Assembly: GCA_017936375.1 (NCBI GenBank)
Contig: JAGBFR010000050.1
Span: 55,597-119,596 of the forward strand
Length of the DNA: 64,000 nucleotides
Direction of reading: 5' to 3'
Origin: Clostridia bacterium
Lineage (GTDB): Bacteria; Bacillota; Clostridia; Christensenellales; Aristaeellaceae
The notes below the pieces were generated by a model. The model had not been told where the DNA came from and ran no database searches. It worked only from the letters and a program-made list of their open reading frames with translations. The position numbers were made by a program, and so were the translations under genes. Of this stretch, positions 34,352 through 44,656 are shown one piece after another; position 1 is the stretch's first letter; every line of letters starts with the position of its first letter.

Positions 34352-35590
34352 TTACTGCACCTCGTGCAGCGTGATTTCCTCGCCCTTCGCGCCGGTGATG
34401 CGCACGTCGGTCAGATGCAGGCCGCGGACATACTCGGCGGTCAGGCCGGCGCAGGTCACGGCCTCGGCCACGGCGTTCATCACCGGGACGGTCGGCTCGG
34501 ACTCAACCAGCTGGATCTGGGTGTTGACGATGCTGATGTCCTCCAGCGGCGCCTCGGGCAGGCCGCACAGGCAGGCAGCCGCGCTCTTCGCATTGGTGAC
34601 GACAATGTCCGCCATGCGGATGCGGCGCACATGCGGGGTCGCCTCGGTCACGGGCTGCGCCGTGCGGTCGGAGACGATCGGGTCCTTGCCGCCCTTGCCG
34701 CAGAAGTACATGAGGTTGACGACCAGCGGGCAGAGCACGTCGTTCATGACGATGCCGGTCACGGAGACGTCCTCCACGCTGCCGCCGCGGCCGCGGCGGG
34801 TCTTGATGCGGATGCCGCGGTCCGTGCCGTCAAAGACGCAGCCGGTGATGGAGACGCGGCGGATGCTGCCGCTCATCTCGCTGCCCAGCACAACGCCGCC
34901 ATGGCCATGCACCATCGTACAGCCGGTGACGGTGATGTTCTCGCACGGAACCTGATTCACGGCGTCCTCGGTGCCGGCCTTGATGGCGATGCAGTCGTCG
35001 CCCACGTCGATGTGGCAGTCGCTGATGCGCACATTGCGGCAGCTCTCCGGGTTGATGCCGTCGGTGTTGGGGGAATCCGCCGGGTTGATGACCGTCAGGC
35101 CATGCACCGTCACATTCTCGCAGCGCAGCGGGTGGATCGTCCACGCCGGGCTGTTCATCACGCGGAAGCCCTCCATGCGCACGCGGTTGCAGTCCTCAAA
35201 GCAGACGAAGCACGGGCGCGCGATGGTCATGCGCTTGGCGCGGAATTCCGTCCACCACTTCTTGCCCTGGCCCTCGAGCGTGCCAAAGCCGGTCAGCGCG
35301 ATATTCTCGCAGTCCTTCGCGTAGACGAGCGGGCGGTAGCTGTCCTGCTCATAGCCCTCCCAGCGGGTGTTGATCACAGGATAGGCGTCAAAGTCGTCGG
35401 TAAAGCGCAGGGTAGAGCCCGCCTCCAGATGCAGTTCAACATTGCTGCGCAGCACAATGCCCGCCGTCAGGTATTCGCCCGCCGGCACGACGACGCGCCC
35501 GCCGCCCTGCGCATGGGCGGTATCGATTGCCTTCTGGATCGCCTCGGTGCTCATTTCGCCGCGCACCGCGCCAAATTCGAGGATATTCAT
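34352..35590 (-). CDS. glycoside hydrolase family 28 (polygalacturonase-like)
   Basis: NTDG, GDDCIAIK, GHG and RIK motifs in the canonical order. Confidence 0.8.
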   Translation of the reverse strand: MNILEFGAVRGEMSTEAIQKAIDTAHAQGGGRVVVPAGEYLTAGIVLRSNVELHLEAGSTLRFTDDFDAYPVINTRWEGYEQDSYRPLVYAKDCENIALTGFGTLEGQGKKWWTEFRAKRMTIARPCFVCFEDCNRVRMEGFRVMNSPAWTIHPLRCENVTVHGLTVINPADSPNTDGINPESCRNVRISDCHIDVGDDCIAIKAGTEDAVNQVPCENITVTGCTMVHGHGGVVLGSEMSGSIRRVSITGCVFDGTDRGIRIKTRRGRGGSVEDVSVTGIVMNDVLCPLVVNLMYFCGKGGKDPIVSDRTAQPVTEATPHVRRIRMADIVVTNAKSAAACLCGLPEAPLEDISIVNTQIQLVESEPTVPVMNAVAEAVTCAGLTAEYVRGLHLTDVRITGAKGEEITLHEVQ

Positions 35591-35650
35591 ATGCTTTCTT
35601 CTCCTATCTGCCCCGGCGTCTCTGCCGCGGGCGGTCGTGTGTGCGCTGAA

Positions 35651-36100
35651 TCAGCCGAGGATTTCGCCGTTCTCAATCGCCATGATCTGGTCGATGCGGC
35701 GCTGATGGCGGCCGCCCTCAAATTCCGTGGTCAGGAAGGTTTCGGCGATCATACGGCCAAGGTCGCCGCCGACGACGCGCGCGCCCATGGCGAGCATGTT
35801 GGCGTCGTTGTGCTTGCGGGTCATGCGCGCGGAATAGCAGTCCGAGCAGATCGCGCAGCGGATGCCCTTGATCTTGTTGGCGGCAATGCCGATGCCGATG
35901 CCCGTGCCGCAGCAGAGGATGCCGCGCTCGCACTCGCCGGAAAGAACGGCCTCCGCCGTGCGCACGGCAAAGACGGCGTAGTCGCAGCTGTCGGTCGTAT
36001 AGGTGCCGCAGTCCTTATACGGCATGTTCATGCTGTCCAGCAGCTCCATGATCTCCCGCTTCAGCGGCAGACCGGCATGATCGGAACCCAATGCAATCAT
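35651..36100 (-). CDS. rpiB: ribose-5-phosphate isomerase B / sugar-phosphate isomerase RpiB/LacA/LacB family
   Basis: MIALGSDHAG start, CGTGIG motif, 149 aa. Confidence 0.85.
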   Translation of the reverse strand: MIALGSDHAGLPLKREIMELLDSMNMPYKDCGTYTTDSCDYAVFAVRTAEAVLSGECERGILCCGTGIGIGIAANKIKGIRCAICSDCYSARMTRKHNDANMLAMGARVVGGDLGRMIAETFLTTEFEGGRHQRRIDQIMAIENGEILG

Positions 36101-36158
36101 CGCTCAATGCTCCTTTGTTCTGGTCGTTATGATGTATACGGACACGGGCGCAACCCCG

Positions 36159-36398
36159 TCAATCGATAAAATCCTCCGGGCGCAGCGGCTCGCGGCCTGC
36201 GCCGCCCGCCTCCTCCTGCGCCTCATGCTCCGCCGTGTGATCAACGAAGACGATCTTGGACAGGTTCTCACGGCTGACCACCGTGTTGGTGCCCATGCAG
36301 GCGCGGCAGCGGTAGAGGCATTCCGGGCAGACGCAGCCCAGATCCATGCTCTCCGACTGGATCATATACACGCCGCAGGACGGACATCCGCATCGCAT
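36159..36398 (-). CDS. small cysteine-rich (zinc-ribbon-like) protein
   Basis: The ATG at 36398 is 7 nt after GGGAGGAAAG, so the TTG at 36413 in the ORF track is really inside the RBS. Eight Cys within the first 34 aa (CGCPSC...CVCPEC..C..C). Confidence 0.5.
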   Translation of the reverse strand: MRCGCPSCGVYMIQSESMDLGCVCPECLYRCRACMGTNTVVSRENLSKIVFVDHTAEHEAQEEAGGAGREPLRPEDFID

Positions 36399-36421
36399 AG
36401 TCTTTCCTCCCAATCGCTCAT

Positions 36422-37165
36422 TTACAGTTCGCGGCCCAATTCCTCGTCGCCGGGGAATACAATCTTCGCCGGGCAGCGCGCAAGGATCTCCCTCTCCTCC
36501 TCCGAGGCGGAGAGCTTGCGGAATTCATAGCCCCGCTCCCTGTAATACGCCACGAGATCCGGCAGCATCGCGCGCGTTTTGGCCTTCGCCTCGTGCATCA
36601 GCACGATAATCACGTCCGCATCCCTGCCGGATTTGATCGCATTTTCGTAAATATCCTCCGCCTTCACGCCCTGATGGGTATCGCCGCTCAGGCTGTTCCA
36701 GTCCATGTAGGCAAGCCCCTTGCCAAGCACGATGCGCTTGAGCTTTTTCTTGTAGCTCGGGCTGCCGCCGGGGAAGCGGTAGATGTCGGTGGCAAAGTCC
36801 GGGTCGACCTTCTCGCGCATCTCCCGCATGAAGCGGTCGATATCCCTGCCGATGTAGTCCCCCTCCTTGAGCATCGAGGGGGAGTGCACCATCGCATGGC
36901 AGCCCACGGCGTGCCCCGCATCGAGGACGAGCTTGGCATGCTCCGGGAAGGCGCGCACCGCCAGCCCGACGAAGAAGAACGTCGCCGGGACGTCAAGCTC
37001 CTCAAGCAGCGCCAGCAGCTCGGGCGTGTCCGCCTTTGGCCCATCGTCAAAGGTGAGATAGACGACCTTGCGCCCGCCCTGCTCCGCCTGCGCGTCCTGC
37101 GCCATGCACGGCAGCGCCGCAGCGAGCAGGCACAGCGCCAGCAGAAGGGAAATCAGCTTTTTCAT
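36422..37165 (-). CDS. polysaccharide deacetylase family protein (NodB homology domain)
   Basis: Signal peptide. LTFDDGP, FFFVG and HAMVH motifs. Confidence 0.8.
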   Translation of the reverse strand: MKKLISLLLALCLLAAALPCMAQDAQAEQGGRKVVYLTFDDGPKADTPELLALLEELDVPATFFFVGLAVRAFPEHAKLVLDAGHAVGCHAMVHSPSMLKEGDYIGRDIDRFMREMREKVDPDFATDIYRFPGGSPSYKKKLKRIVLGKGLAYMDWNSLSGDTHQGVKAEDIYENAIKSGRDADVIIVLMHEAKAKTRAMLPDLVAYYRERGYEFRKLSASEEEREILARCPAKIVFPGDEELGREL

Positions 37166-37209
37166 CGATACTCTCCTGTTTTGATGCCTTCGCCGCATCG
37201 CGGCGGGGA

Positions 37210-38505
37210 TCAGAGCAGCTTCTTGTGCGTGAAAGAACGTCTGCCCTGCGCAAAGTCCGCGACGATGTCGCCGCTGCCGCGCAGGATGTACTTATACGAG
37301 CACAGGCCCTCCAGCCCCATCGGGCCGCGGGCATGGATCTTGCCGGTGGAAATGCCGACCTCCGCGCCGAAGCCGTAGCGGAAGCCGTCGGCAAAGCGCG
37401 TGGAGCAGTTGTGATACACGCCGGCGGAGTCGACGAGCGCGAAGAAGGTCTTCGCCGCCTGCTCGTTCTCCGTGATGATGCCGTCGGTGTGGTGGGAGCC
37501 GTAGCGGTTGATGTGCGCGATGGCCTCCTGCAGGGAGTCGACCACGTGAATCGCAATCACGTCGTCCAGATACTCCGCCGCCCAGTCCGCCTCCGTCGCC
37601 GCCTCGCAGGCGATCACCTGCGCCGCGCGCGCATCGCCGATCAGGCGCACGCCCGCCTCGGCAAGCGCCTTTGCCACGACGGGCAGCGTCTCCTTCACCT
37701 CCGCGCTGTGGACGAGCAGCGTCTCCACCGCATTGCAGGCGGCGGGGTACTGCGTCTTCGCGTCGACCGCCACGCGGGCGGCCATCTGCGCGTCGCAGCC
37801 CTCGTCCAGATACAGATGGCACACGCCGTCGCTGTGCCCGAGGACGGGGATGCGGCTGTTGTCCATGATGTAGCGGACGAACGCATTGGAGCCGCGCGGG
37901 ATGATCAGATCGATCGCGCCGTCCATCTTGAGCATGACGTTCACATCCTCGCGCGTGGTCAGCAGGCCCGCCCATCCCTCGGGCATGCCCGCCGCCTCGC
38001 TCGCCTCGCGCAGCACATCATAGAGGATCGCATTGGAGCGCATCGCCTCGCGCCCGCCCTTGAGGAGGACGGCGTTGCCGCTCTTGAGGCACAGGGCCGC
38101 GATCTGCACCAGCGCGTCCGGGCGGGATTCAAAGATCACGCCGACCACGCCGATCGGGCAGGAAATGCGCGAGAGCACGAGGCCCTCCGCCAGCTCGGTG
38201 CGCAGCTGCTCATGGCCGATGGGATCCTCCATCGCCGCCAGATCGCGCAGACCGAGGCAGACGTCGCGCAGCTTGCCCTCGTCGAATTTGAGGCGCTTGA
38301 GGACGGGCGCGGCGATGCCATCGGCCTTCGCCTGCTCCATGTCCAGCGCATTCGCGGCAAAAATCTCCGCCCGGCGCGCCTCCAGCGCCCCGGCGATGGC
38401 CTCAAGCGCCGCGCTGCGCGCCTGCGCAGAGGAGGCCGCCAGCGCAAAGCTCGCCTGCTTCGCCGCGAGGGCCAGCTCCGCCGCGTTCATCTCAATCTTA
38501 CTCAT
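37210..38505 (-). CDS. proA: glutamate-5-semialdehyde dehydrogenase
   Basis: Full-length collinearity with ProA (VIFESRPDA, NAVLLKGG, CNAVETLLVH, HHTDGIIT). Confidence 0.9.
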   Translation of the reverse strand: MSKIEMNAAELALAAKQASFALAASSAQARSAALEAIAGALEARRAEIFAANALDMEQAKADGIAAPVLKRLKFDEGKLRDVCLGLRDLAAMEDPIGHEQLRTELAEGLVLSRISCPIGVVGVIFESRPDALVQIAALCLKSGNAVLLKGGREAMRSNAILYDVLREASEAAGMPEGWAGLLTTREDVNVMLKMDGAIDLIIPRGSNAFVRYIMDNSRIPVLGHSDGVCHLYLDEGCDAQMAARVAVDAKTQYPAACNAVETLLVHSAEVKETLPVVAKALAEAGVRLIGDARAAQVIACEAATEADWAAEYLDDVIAIHVVDSLQEAIAHINRYGSHHTDGIITENEQAAKTFFALVDSAGVYHNCSTRFADGFRYGFGAEVGISTGKIHARGPMGLEGLCSYKYILRGSGDIVADFAQGRRSFTHKKLL

Positions 38506-39319
38506 AAATCTCCTTGTGGAGCAGCGCCTTCATGGCCTGCTGGTCGGCGGTCAGCGGCTGCTCGGTGAGGGTGTGCTCCGCCATCGGCAGGGCCACCTCG
38601 CGCCTGTCCGTGCCGCCCTGCACGGCGGAGACCATCGTCACCGCCGCCATCGCGTTGAGGTTGGTATCCATGGACTCAAGCAGCTTGCCGCCCAGGCCCA
38701 CCATACCCATGATGTCGCCGCTGTGCAGCGCCTGATAGAGCATCTGCATCAGCGCGTCATAGCTGCGGCTGCGCGTCGGGGCGTCGCTCTCCAGCTTCAG
38801 GCGGACATAGTCAAGGACCTTCTCGCCCTCCAGCTCGTTGATGCCCTCCCATGTGCCCATGGCCGCGGCTTCCTCCGCATCGTAGCTCATGTTCAGCACG
38901 CCGATCTTCTCGACCAGCTCCGGCAGCATCGCCATATCCAGCGCGATGTAGGTGGAGATATTCAGCCCGAGGAGCTGATTGACCGTGCGCGCGGCGAGGA
39001 AGCCCTTGCTGCGCTTGTCGCCCAGCTCATAGACCTCGCCCAGCGGCACCTCGCCGACCTCGGGGACACTGACAATCAGGTCGCAGTCGATGCGGGTCAT
39101 GACCGAGCGGCCCGTCCTGCTGTTGATGGAGGCGAGCATCATCGTGTCGGTCACGCCGCCGTCCTGCATGAGGAAGAGGACGTTGGTCACGTTCTTGTCA
39201 AGCTCCGTATTCGCGTCGACGCCGCGCTTGCTCACGGCGATGCCGGCGGCAGACGCGCAGGAACAGACGAGGACGAGCGCCAGCACGGCGGCAAAGAGGG
39301 CGATGTACTTTTTCATCAT
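38498..39319 (-). CDS. LCP (LytR-CpsA-Psr) family protein
   Basis: Signal anchor plus TNVLFLMQDGGVTDTMMLASIN...RD core. Confidence 0.8.
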   Translation of the reverse strand: MMKKYIALFAAVLALVLVCSCASAAGIAVSKRGVDANTELDKNVTNVLFLMQDGGVTDTMMLASINSRTGRSVMTRIDCDLIVSVPEVGEVPLGEVYELGDKRSKGFLAARTVNQLLGLNISTYIALDMAMLPELVEKIGVLNMSYDAEEAAAMGTWEGINELEGEKVLDYVRLKLESDAPTRSRSYDALMQMLYQALHSGDIMGMVGLGGKLLESMDTNLNAMAAVTMVSAVQGGTDRREVALPMAEHTLTEQPLTADQQAMKALLHKEIYE

Positions 39320-39350
39320 GATGGTCTCCTTTGATATGGATATGCGCCGG

Positions 39351-39869
39351 TCACTTCTTCCTGAAGATGAACAGCTTGGAAAAGATGTAATTCGCGATGA
39401 TGACGAGGATATTGATGACCAGCTTCATCACCAGATCGTTGAGGCCGAGGAGATCGACCGTCAGGAACATGAGCACCAGCTCCATGCCGAAGGAGACAAG
39501 GCGCATGGTCACAAAGCTCGCAAACTCGCGCAGCAGCTCCGCGCGCGTCTCGCTGTGGGTATGGAAGACGAAGACCTTATTGACCACATAGCCAAAGGCC
39601 ACGGCGATCGCCCACGCGATGCAGGTGCCCACCGTCGTCAGCAGCGCATCCGGGATCAGCCAGCCAAACGGCCTTGTGACGATGTAGTAGACGACGTAAT
39701 TGACCACCGTTGTCGCCACGCCGGCAAAGAGATAGCTGACCAGCTCCGTGTTATTCCACAGGCGCTCGCACAGGCCGCCCAGCTTCGGTGAGATCTTCTT
39801 GACAAGGCCGATCACCGCGCGCGCCAGCGCGTCGATGAGGCCCCAGAGGGTATTAAGAACTGCCTTCAT
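39351..39869 (-). CDS. GtrA family membrane protein
   Basis: Four TM helices. The F.GVATTVVNY.VY motif is typical of GtrA. Confidence 0.75.
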   Translation of the reverse strand: MKAVLNTLWGLIDALARAVIGLVKKISPKLGGLCERLWNNTELVSYLFAGVATTVVNYVVYYIVTRPFGWLIPDALLTTVGTCIAWAIAVAFGYVVNKVFVFHTHSETRAELLREFASFVTMRLVSFGMELVLMFLTVDLLGLNDLVMKLVINILVIIANYIFSKLFIFRKK

Positions 39870-40075
39870 ATGTTTGCCTCGATTTTCTTTCTCAGGGTGA
39901 TGGGCGTGCGCGCACAGTCGCGTACCCCCAGTATGCAGATATTATACCATCAAGCGCGGACGGGGTCAATTCATCCCCCGGCACGAGGCAGAAAAAACGC
40001 ACGCCCACTTTTCTTTTCAGCTCAAATGCCGTATAATATGGGATTGAAGAAAAAAAACAAATGGAGGGCCTTCCC

Positions 40076-40945
40076 ATGGAAAATCCGATCATCTCCTGGC
40101 TGTTTGAAACCGACGCCGTCCGCGTCTGCCCCGAAGACCAGCCGTTCTGGTATACCTCCGGCAAGCTCGGCCCGTTCTACATCAATACGCAGTTCCTCTT
40201 TGGCAGCGAGGCTGCGGCCAATGCGCTGCTCAAGGTCATCGAAGAAGCCTGCGCCGGCGAAAAGCTCGCCTTCTACGACAAGGTCTGGGCCGAGATCGAC
40301 AAGCAGCTCGCCTCCTGCCCGATCTTCTCCCAGCTGATCGACCTGCTATCCGACGCCGCGAAGAAGCTGGACGTTGACTTCGTCTCCGGCGGCGAGCGCC
40401 GCGACTTCTTCTTCTCCATGCCCGTCGCGCGCAAGCTGGGCATGGGCCACCTGTCCATCTTCAAGGACCTTACCTCCGTCTACACCGACGTGAATGGCGT
40501 GAGCATGGATTCCGCCGAGGCGGGCCTCGCCGGCAAGCGCTCCGTGCACATCGCTGACCTGATCACCGTCGCCTCCTCCTATGTGCGCGCGTGGATCCCG
40601 GCCGTCGAGTCCCTCGGCGCGAAGATCGCCTACTCCCTCGCCGTGGTCGACCGCGATCAGGGCGGCGCCAAGATCCTCGAGGACGCCGGCTGCCCGCTGA
40701 CCACGCTGGTCGTCATCAAGCCGGAGCTCTTTGAGACTGCGAAGGCCATGGGCCGCATCACCGCGGAGCAGGTCGCGCTGGTCAATTCCTTCATCGCCGA
40801 TCCGGACAAGTTCATGCAGGACTTCCTGACCGCGCATCCCGACTTCCTCGCCGGCGAGATCGCCAAGGGCGGCAAGAGCGCCCAGCGCGCCGAGCTGTGC
40901 ATCGCCAGCGGCTTCGCCCCGGAATGCGCCCTGCCGAAGAAGTAA
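40076..40945 (+). CDS. phosphoribosyltransferase family protein (type I PRTase-like)
   Basis: PRPP-loop-like VHIADLITVASS. SGKLGPFYIN resembles OPRTase-like proteins. GGAGGG RBS before the ATG at 40076. Confidence 0.5.
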   Translation: MENPIISWLFETDAVRVCPEDQPFWYTSGKLGPFYINTQFLFGSEAAANALLKVIEEACAGEKLAFYDKVWAEIDKQLASCPIFSQLIDLLSDAAKKLDVDFVSGGERRDFFFSMPVARKLGMGHLSIFKDLTSVYTDVNGVSMDSAEAGLAGKRSVHIADLITVASSYVRAWIPAVESLGAKIAYSLAVVDRDQGGAKILEDAGCPLTTLVVIKPELFETAKAMGRITAEQVALVNSFIADPDKFMQDFLTAHPDFLAGEIAKGGKSAQRAELCIASGFAPECALPKK

Positions 40946-41274
40946 TGATTTCCATCCAACACATCGGAAAAAGCGCAGACGACCTGCGCTTTTTCATCTA
41001 TGAGGACGGGGCCCACGCCGGCGGCATCTCGCTGCACAGCGTGGATTTCCCCTCCTTCTCCTACGGCGTCGCCGTCACGGAGACCAAGCGCCGCCGCGGC
41101 GTGGCAAAGGCCGCGCTCCTTCTCCTCTATGAGCAGATGAAGCAGCAAGGCTTCACCCGCGCCGTCGTGCAGGTCGCCCCGCGCAATGCGGCCTCCCTCG
41201 CGCTGCACGCCTCGCTCGGTTTTACTGAAACATCGCGCCATGCGCAGGCCGTCACGCTGGAAAAAACGCTCTGA
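40945..41274 (+). CDS. small GNAT family acetyltransferase
   Basis: TAATG overlap with the upstream gene. RRRGVAKAALLLL motif A. Confidence 0.6.
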   Translation: MISIQHIGKSADDLRFFIYEDGAHAGGISLHSVDFPSFSYGVAVTETKRRRGVAKAALLLLYEQMKQQGFTRAVVQVAPRNAASLALHASLGFTETSRHAQAVTLEKTL

Positions 41275-41278
41275 ATAC

Positions 41279-41316
41279 AAAAACCGCTTCGGTTCGGACA
41301 GAAGCGGTTTTTATTT
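41279..41316. terminator. bidirectional intrinsic terminator
   Basis: AAAAACCGCTTC...GAAGCGGTTTTT between convergent genes. Confidence 0.7.
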
Positions 41317-41325
41317 ATATTCAGC

Positions 41326-42105
41326 TTACCACGTCGCGCCGAAGCCCGTGATGTACCAGTCCTTCTTCTGCAGGGTATACTGGCAGTTCTCGCGCGTGAT
41401 CTCCTCCTCGGGGATCACGGACATGTTGTAGAACTTCTTCTTCGGGGTCGCGTCATAGCGGTAGTTCATGCGCTTGATGGTGGAGTTGACGTTGCCCTCG
41501 ATGGTCGTCAGCTCGTACATGCCGTCGCCCAGCTCGGTGACGGTCTCCACGATCGCCACATGCGTATACGGCGTGGAGCCGCGAACGCCATAGATGACGA
41601 TGTAGCCCGGCTTGGGGATCGCCTCCATCTTATCCGCCTGCTGCCAGCGGTCGTGCGCCTCAAAGACGTAGTACACATTGCCCACACGGCCCTCCATGGC
41701 GGAGATGCAGTCCTCCGGCGCGACCGTCACATCCTGCTTGTGCTTGATGAGCTGCAGGCCGCTGTGGTAGCTGCACCAGATCTGGAAGACCGAGCACCAG
41801 CCGATCTCGCGGTCGTCGCGGTAGTACCACTCGGTGTATTCATTCGCCTTGGGCAGCTTGACGAAGGGATACTTTTCAAACTGCGCGCGCGCCAGCAGCA
41901 CGAAATTGCGCGCCTCCAGCGGCATATCCTCCGGGAAGGTGATGTCGTACATCTCCAGTTCGCCCTCCGCCTGCGTGGGGATCGCCTGCGGCGGGATCTC
42001 CATCTTCACAGGGGCCATGGGCAGTTCCTCCGCCTGCGACTCCGCCGCCGTCATCAGCAGCAGGCAGCACAGCAGCGCAAGCGCGATCAGAATACTCTTT
42101 TTCAT
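41326..42105 (-). CDS. secreted CHAP/NlpC-P60-like amidase domain protein
   Basis: Signal peptide. Cys in GWCSVFQIW and His in YTHVAIV with CHAP-like spacing. Confidence 0.55.
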   Translation of the reverse strand: MKKSILIALALLCCLLLMTAAESQAEELPMAPVKMEIPPQAIPTQAEGELEMYDITFPEDMPLEARNFVLLARAQFEKYPFVKLPKANEYTEWYYRDDREIGWCSVFQIWCSYHSGLQLIKHKQDVTVAPEDCISAMEGRVGNVYYVFEAHDRWQQADKMEAIPKPGYIVIYGVRGSTPYTHVAIVETVTELGDGMYELTTIEGNVNSTIKRMNYRYDATPKKKFYNMSVIPEEEITRENCQYTLQKKDWYITGFGATW

Positions 42106-42129
42106 ATGACTTCTCCTCAGATGCAATCA

Positions 42130-43959
42130 TCAATCGCCCATGACCAGCGAAATGCTGCCGTCCACAGGCAGGGTCTTTTCCTCCCCACTCACACAGGCGC
42201 GCACGCTCCAGCCCGGCTCGCTGGCCGCGAGGGTATAGCGCACGGAGCTGGGGGACAGGCGCTCCGCCTTCACGTCGACGTCCGCGCCGCCGATGCGCAC
42301 GCGGCTGATGCTCCAGCCGTCCCAGCCGATGGGCGTGTGCGGCGCAAAGGCGATCTCCTTCTTCCCCGCGTCCGGGCGCAGGCCGAAGAGATCCTCGGTC
42401 ATCGGCCAGATGAAGCCGGCCGCCGCGCGGGAAGCCAGCAGCACGCCGGGCTCGACGTCGCGGGCGCGCAGCGCACCCGGAAGACCCGGAAGGCCCGCCT
42501 TCGCCATCTTCTGCAGGCAGCCGATCATCTGCTCGACATGCCCGTGCCTGCCGTGGTAGGCCGCCGCCTTCTCCTGCGGCGCGTCGGCGGCGAGCACCGG
42601 CTGCGGCGCAGGACCGAGCTTCTCAAGCGCTAAGAGGCATTCGCTGCCGTCCGCGCCCGTCATCTCCAGCACATACGCCTGACCCGCCAGCGCGAGGCGA
42701 ACCTCGTCGATGATGTCCTGGCGGACGTCGTCAAAGGAGCGGGTCGCGCGGCGCAGATAGCTCATGCACAGGCCGGTCATCGGCAGCATATCCGCGGCGA
42801 ACTGCGCATCGCCGCTCCAGAGCAGCGTCTTATGCACCAGCGCGACAAAGAGCGCGCTCTCCTTCGGCCCGCCGACCTGCAGCACGCGCCCGCTCAGGGA
42901 CACGCTGCGCGCCAGCCTGCCGGGGGCGAGCTGCGCCTCCTCGCTGATCTTCACCAGCGTGCGCAGCATCTCCTGCACCTTCTTTGCGCCGCCAAGGGGC
43001 AGCAGGCTGCCCATCGCGCGCGCCCAGCCCTCGCCGTAGAGCGCGGGATGCTCGGGCAGATCGGTGCACAGCGCGCAGCCCCCGCCCGGGAGGGAACGGG
43101 TCAGCCAGTCGCTGTAAATCTTCGTCCAGTTGTAGCAGCGGCCAAGCAGCTCGTCCGGCATGACGGCGGCGCTCATCTCCATCGCCTTTTCAAGGCGCTC
43201 CTGCTTGCCGGCCGTCATCTCCGCGCTGCCGCTGCGCAGCGCCGCGAGCATATCCTCCGCCTTCGAGCGGGAGGAGAAGCCGCCGGCGATAAACAGGCGC
43301 ATCGTCGTCTGCCCGCCGCCCGCCACGCGCAGGCGGTAGAAGAGGCGGCCGTTGACGCCCTTGCCCAGCGTATTGCCAAAGCCGTAGACCTCCGCCGGCA
43401 GGTCCGCCTGCAGCGCGCGGTTGTCCGCGTCCGCGCCCCATACGGCATGCCACGGATTGCGGCTGTCGCGGGCGTAGAAGGCCTGGGTCTTTTCGTCATA
43501 TTCGCCGACGTCGCGGCCGAGCTCCAGCCCGTCCTCGCCATGCGCGGCGGCGACGGAGAGAATATCCGTGCGCACGGTGAAGGAGACCTCGACCATGCGT
43601 GCGCGGGCGCGCAGGTTTTCCACCGTCAGCTCGATCACGCAGCCGGGCACGCCGTCCGGGATGAACTGGCGGCGCACGATGTGCAGCTGCTCCTCCTGCA
43701 TGCGGTAATGGAAGGCCGTCGCCGCAGGGCTCTGCTCGCAGGCGTCCGCCGTGACGAGCGGCACGTCGTCAATGGCAAAGAAGAAGCCGTCCGCGACCTT
43801 CTTCTCCCCCGCCCACAGGCCGCCCATCTCGCCCGCAACGGCATAGCCCATATCCGGGAAAAGACCGTTCTGCGCGCCGATGAGCACGGCGCCGCTGCCG
43901 GCAGTGATGGCCGCGCTGTCAAGCTGATCGTAGCAGTAAACCCTGTATTTGCTGAGCAT
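42130..43959 (-). CDS. putative (alpha/alpha)6-barrel glycoside hydrolase-like protein (glycogen-debranching/GH-like)
   Basis: Assigned by length and general resemblance only. No catalytic motif verified. Confidence 0.35.
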   Translation of the reverse strand: MLSKYRVYCYDQLDSAAITAGSGAVLIGAQNGLFPDMGYAVAGEMGGLWAGEKKVADGFFFAIDDVPLVTADACEQSPAATAFHYRMQEEQLHIVRRQFIPDGVPGCVIELTVENLRARARMVEVSFTVRTDILSVAAAHGEDGLELGRDVGEYDEKTQAFYARDSRNPWHAVWGADADNRALQADLPAEVYGFGNTLGKGVNGRLFYRLRVAGGGQTTMRLFIAGGFSSRSKAEDMLAALRSGSAEMTAGKQERLEKAMEMSAAVMPDELLGRCYNWTKIYSDWLTRSLPGGGCALCTDLPEHPALYGEGWARAMGSLLPLGGAKKVQEMLRTLVKISEEAQLAPGRLARSVSLSGRVLQVGGPKESALFVALVHKTLLWSGDAQFAADMLPMTGLCMSYLRRATRSFDDVRQDIIDEVRLALAGQAYVLEMTGADGSECLLALEKLGPAPQPVLAADAPQEKAAAYHGRHGHVEQMIGCLQKMAKAGLPGLPGALRARDVEPGVLLASRAAAGFIWPMTEDLFGLRPDAGKKEIAFAPHTPIGWDGWSISRVRIGGADVDVKAERLSPSSVRYTLAASEPGWSVRACVSGEEKTLPVDGSISLVMGD

Positions 43960-43989
43960 ATGTATGTCCTCCTTCGTCGCGCAGCGCCG

Positions 43990-44643
43990 TCAGTCTTTGA
44001 CGACCACCGCGATGGTGGAAAGAATCAACCGGATATCCGCCAGCGGGGAAATCTCCCGCAGGTATTTCATATTCAGCTCGATCTTGGCCGGCATGATCTC
44101 CTCGATGTACATCTTCTCGGGGTCGTCCGTTCCGGCCAGCAGATCATTTTCATTGCGGTAGGCGATGGACGCGTAGTCCGTGATGCCCGGGCGCACGAGG
44201 AGCACCTGCCGCTGATAGGGCGTGTAGAGGTCGACGTACTTCTGCACCTCCGGCCTCGGGCCGACGAAGCTCATCTCACCGCAGAATACGTTGATCAGCT
44301 GCGCCAGCTCGTCGAGCTTCGTCCTGCGCAGGAAGGCGCCCACGCGGGTGATGCGGCTGTCGCGCCCGACGGTGATGGCCAGCCCCTTCTTGTCCGCATC
44401 GACGATCATCGTGCGGAATTTGAAGATGCGGAAGGTCTTTCCGTTCCGTCCCACGCGCACCTGCCTGTAGAACACAGGACCCGGGTCGTCGATCACGATC
44501 GCCGCAGCGATCAGCACAAGCACAGGCCAGATCACAAGCAGCGCACAGCCGGAGATGGCGATATCCATCAGCCGCTTTGCCGCCAGCTGCGGCTTTCTCT
44601 TTTCAAGCAGGGCGGCTATCTCGAGCTTTTCCGTATTTATCAT
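43990..44643 (-). CDS. undecaprenyl-phosphate sugar phosphotransferase (small PglC/EpsL-type priming transferase)
   Basis: DPGPVFYRQVRVGRNGKTFRIFKFRTM and PGITD motifs. Confidence 0.85.
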   Translation of the reverse strand: MINTEKLEIAALLEKRKPQLAAKRLMDIAISGCALLVIWPVLVLIAAAIVIDDPGPVFYRQVRVGRNGKTFRIFKFRTMIVDADKKGLAITVGRDSRITRVGAFLRRTKLDELAQLINVFCGEMSFVGPRPEVQKYVDLYTPYQRQVLLVRPGITDYASIAYRNENDLLAGTDDPEKMYIEEIMPAKIELNMKYLREISPLADIRLILSTIAVVVKD

Positions 44644-44656
44644 CCGTAACAACCTC

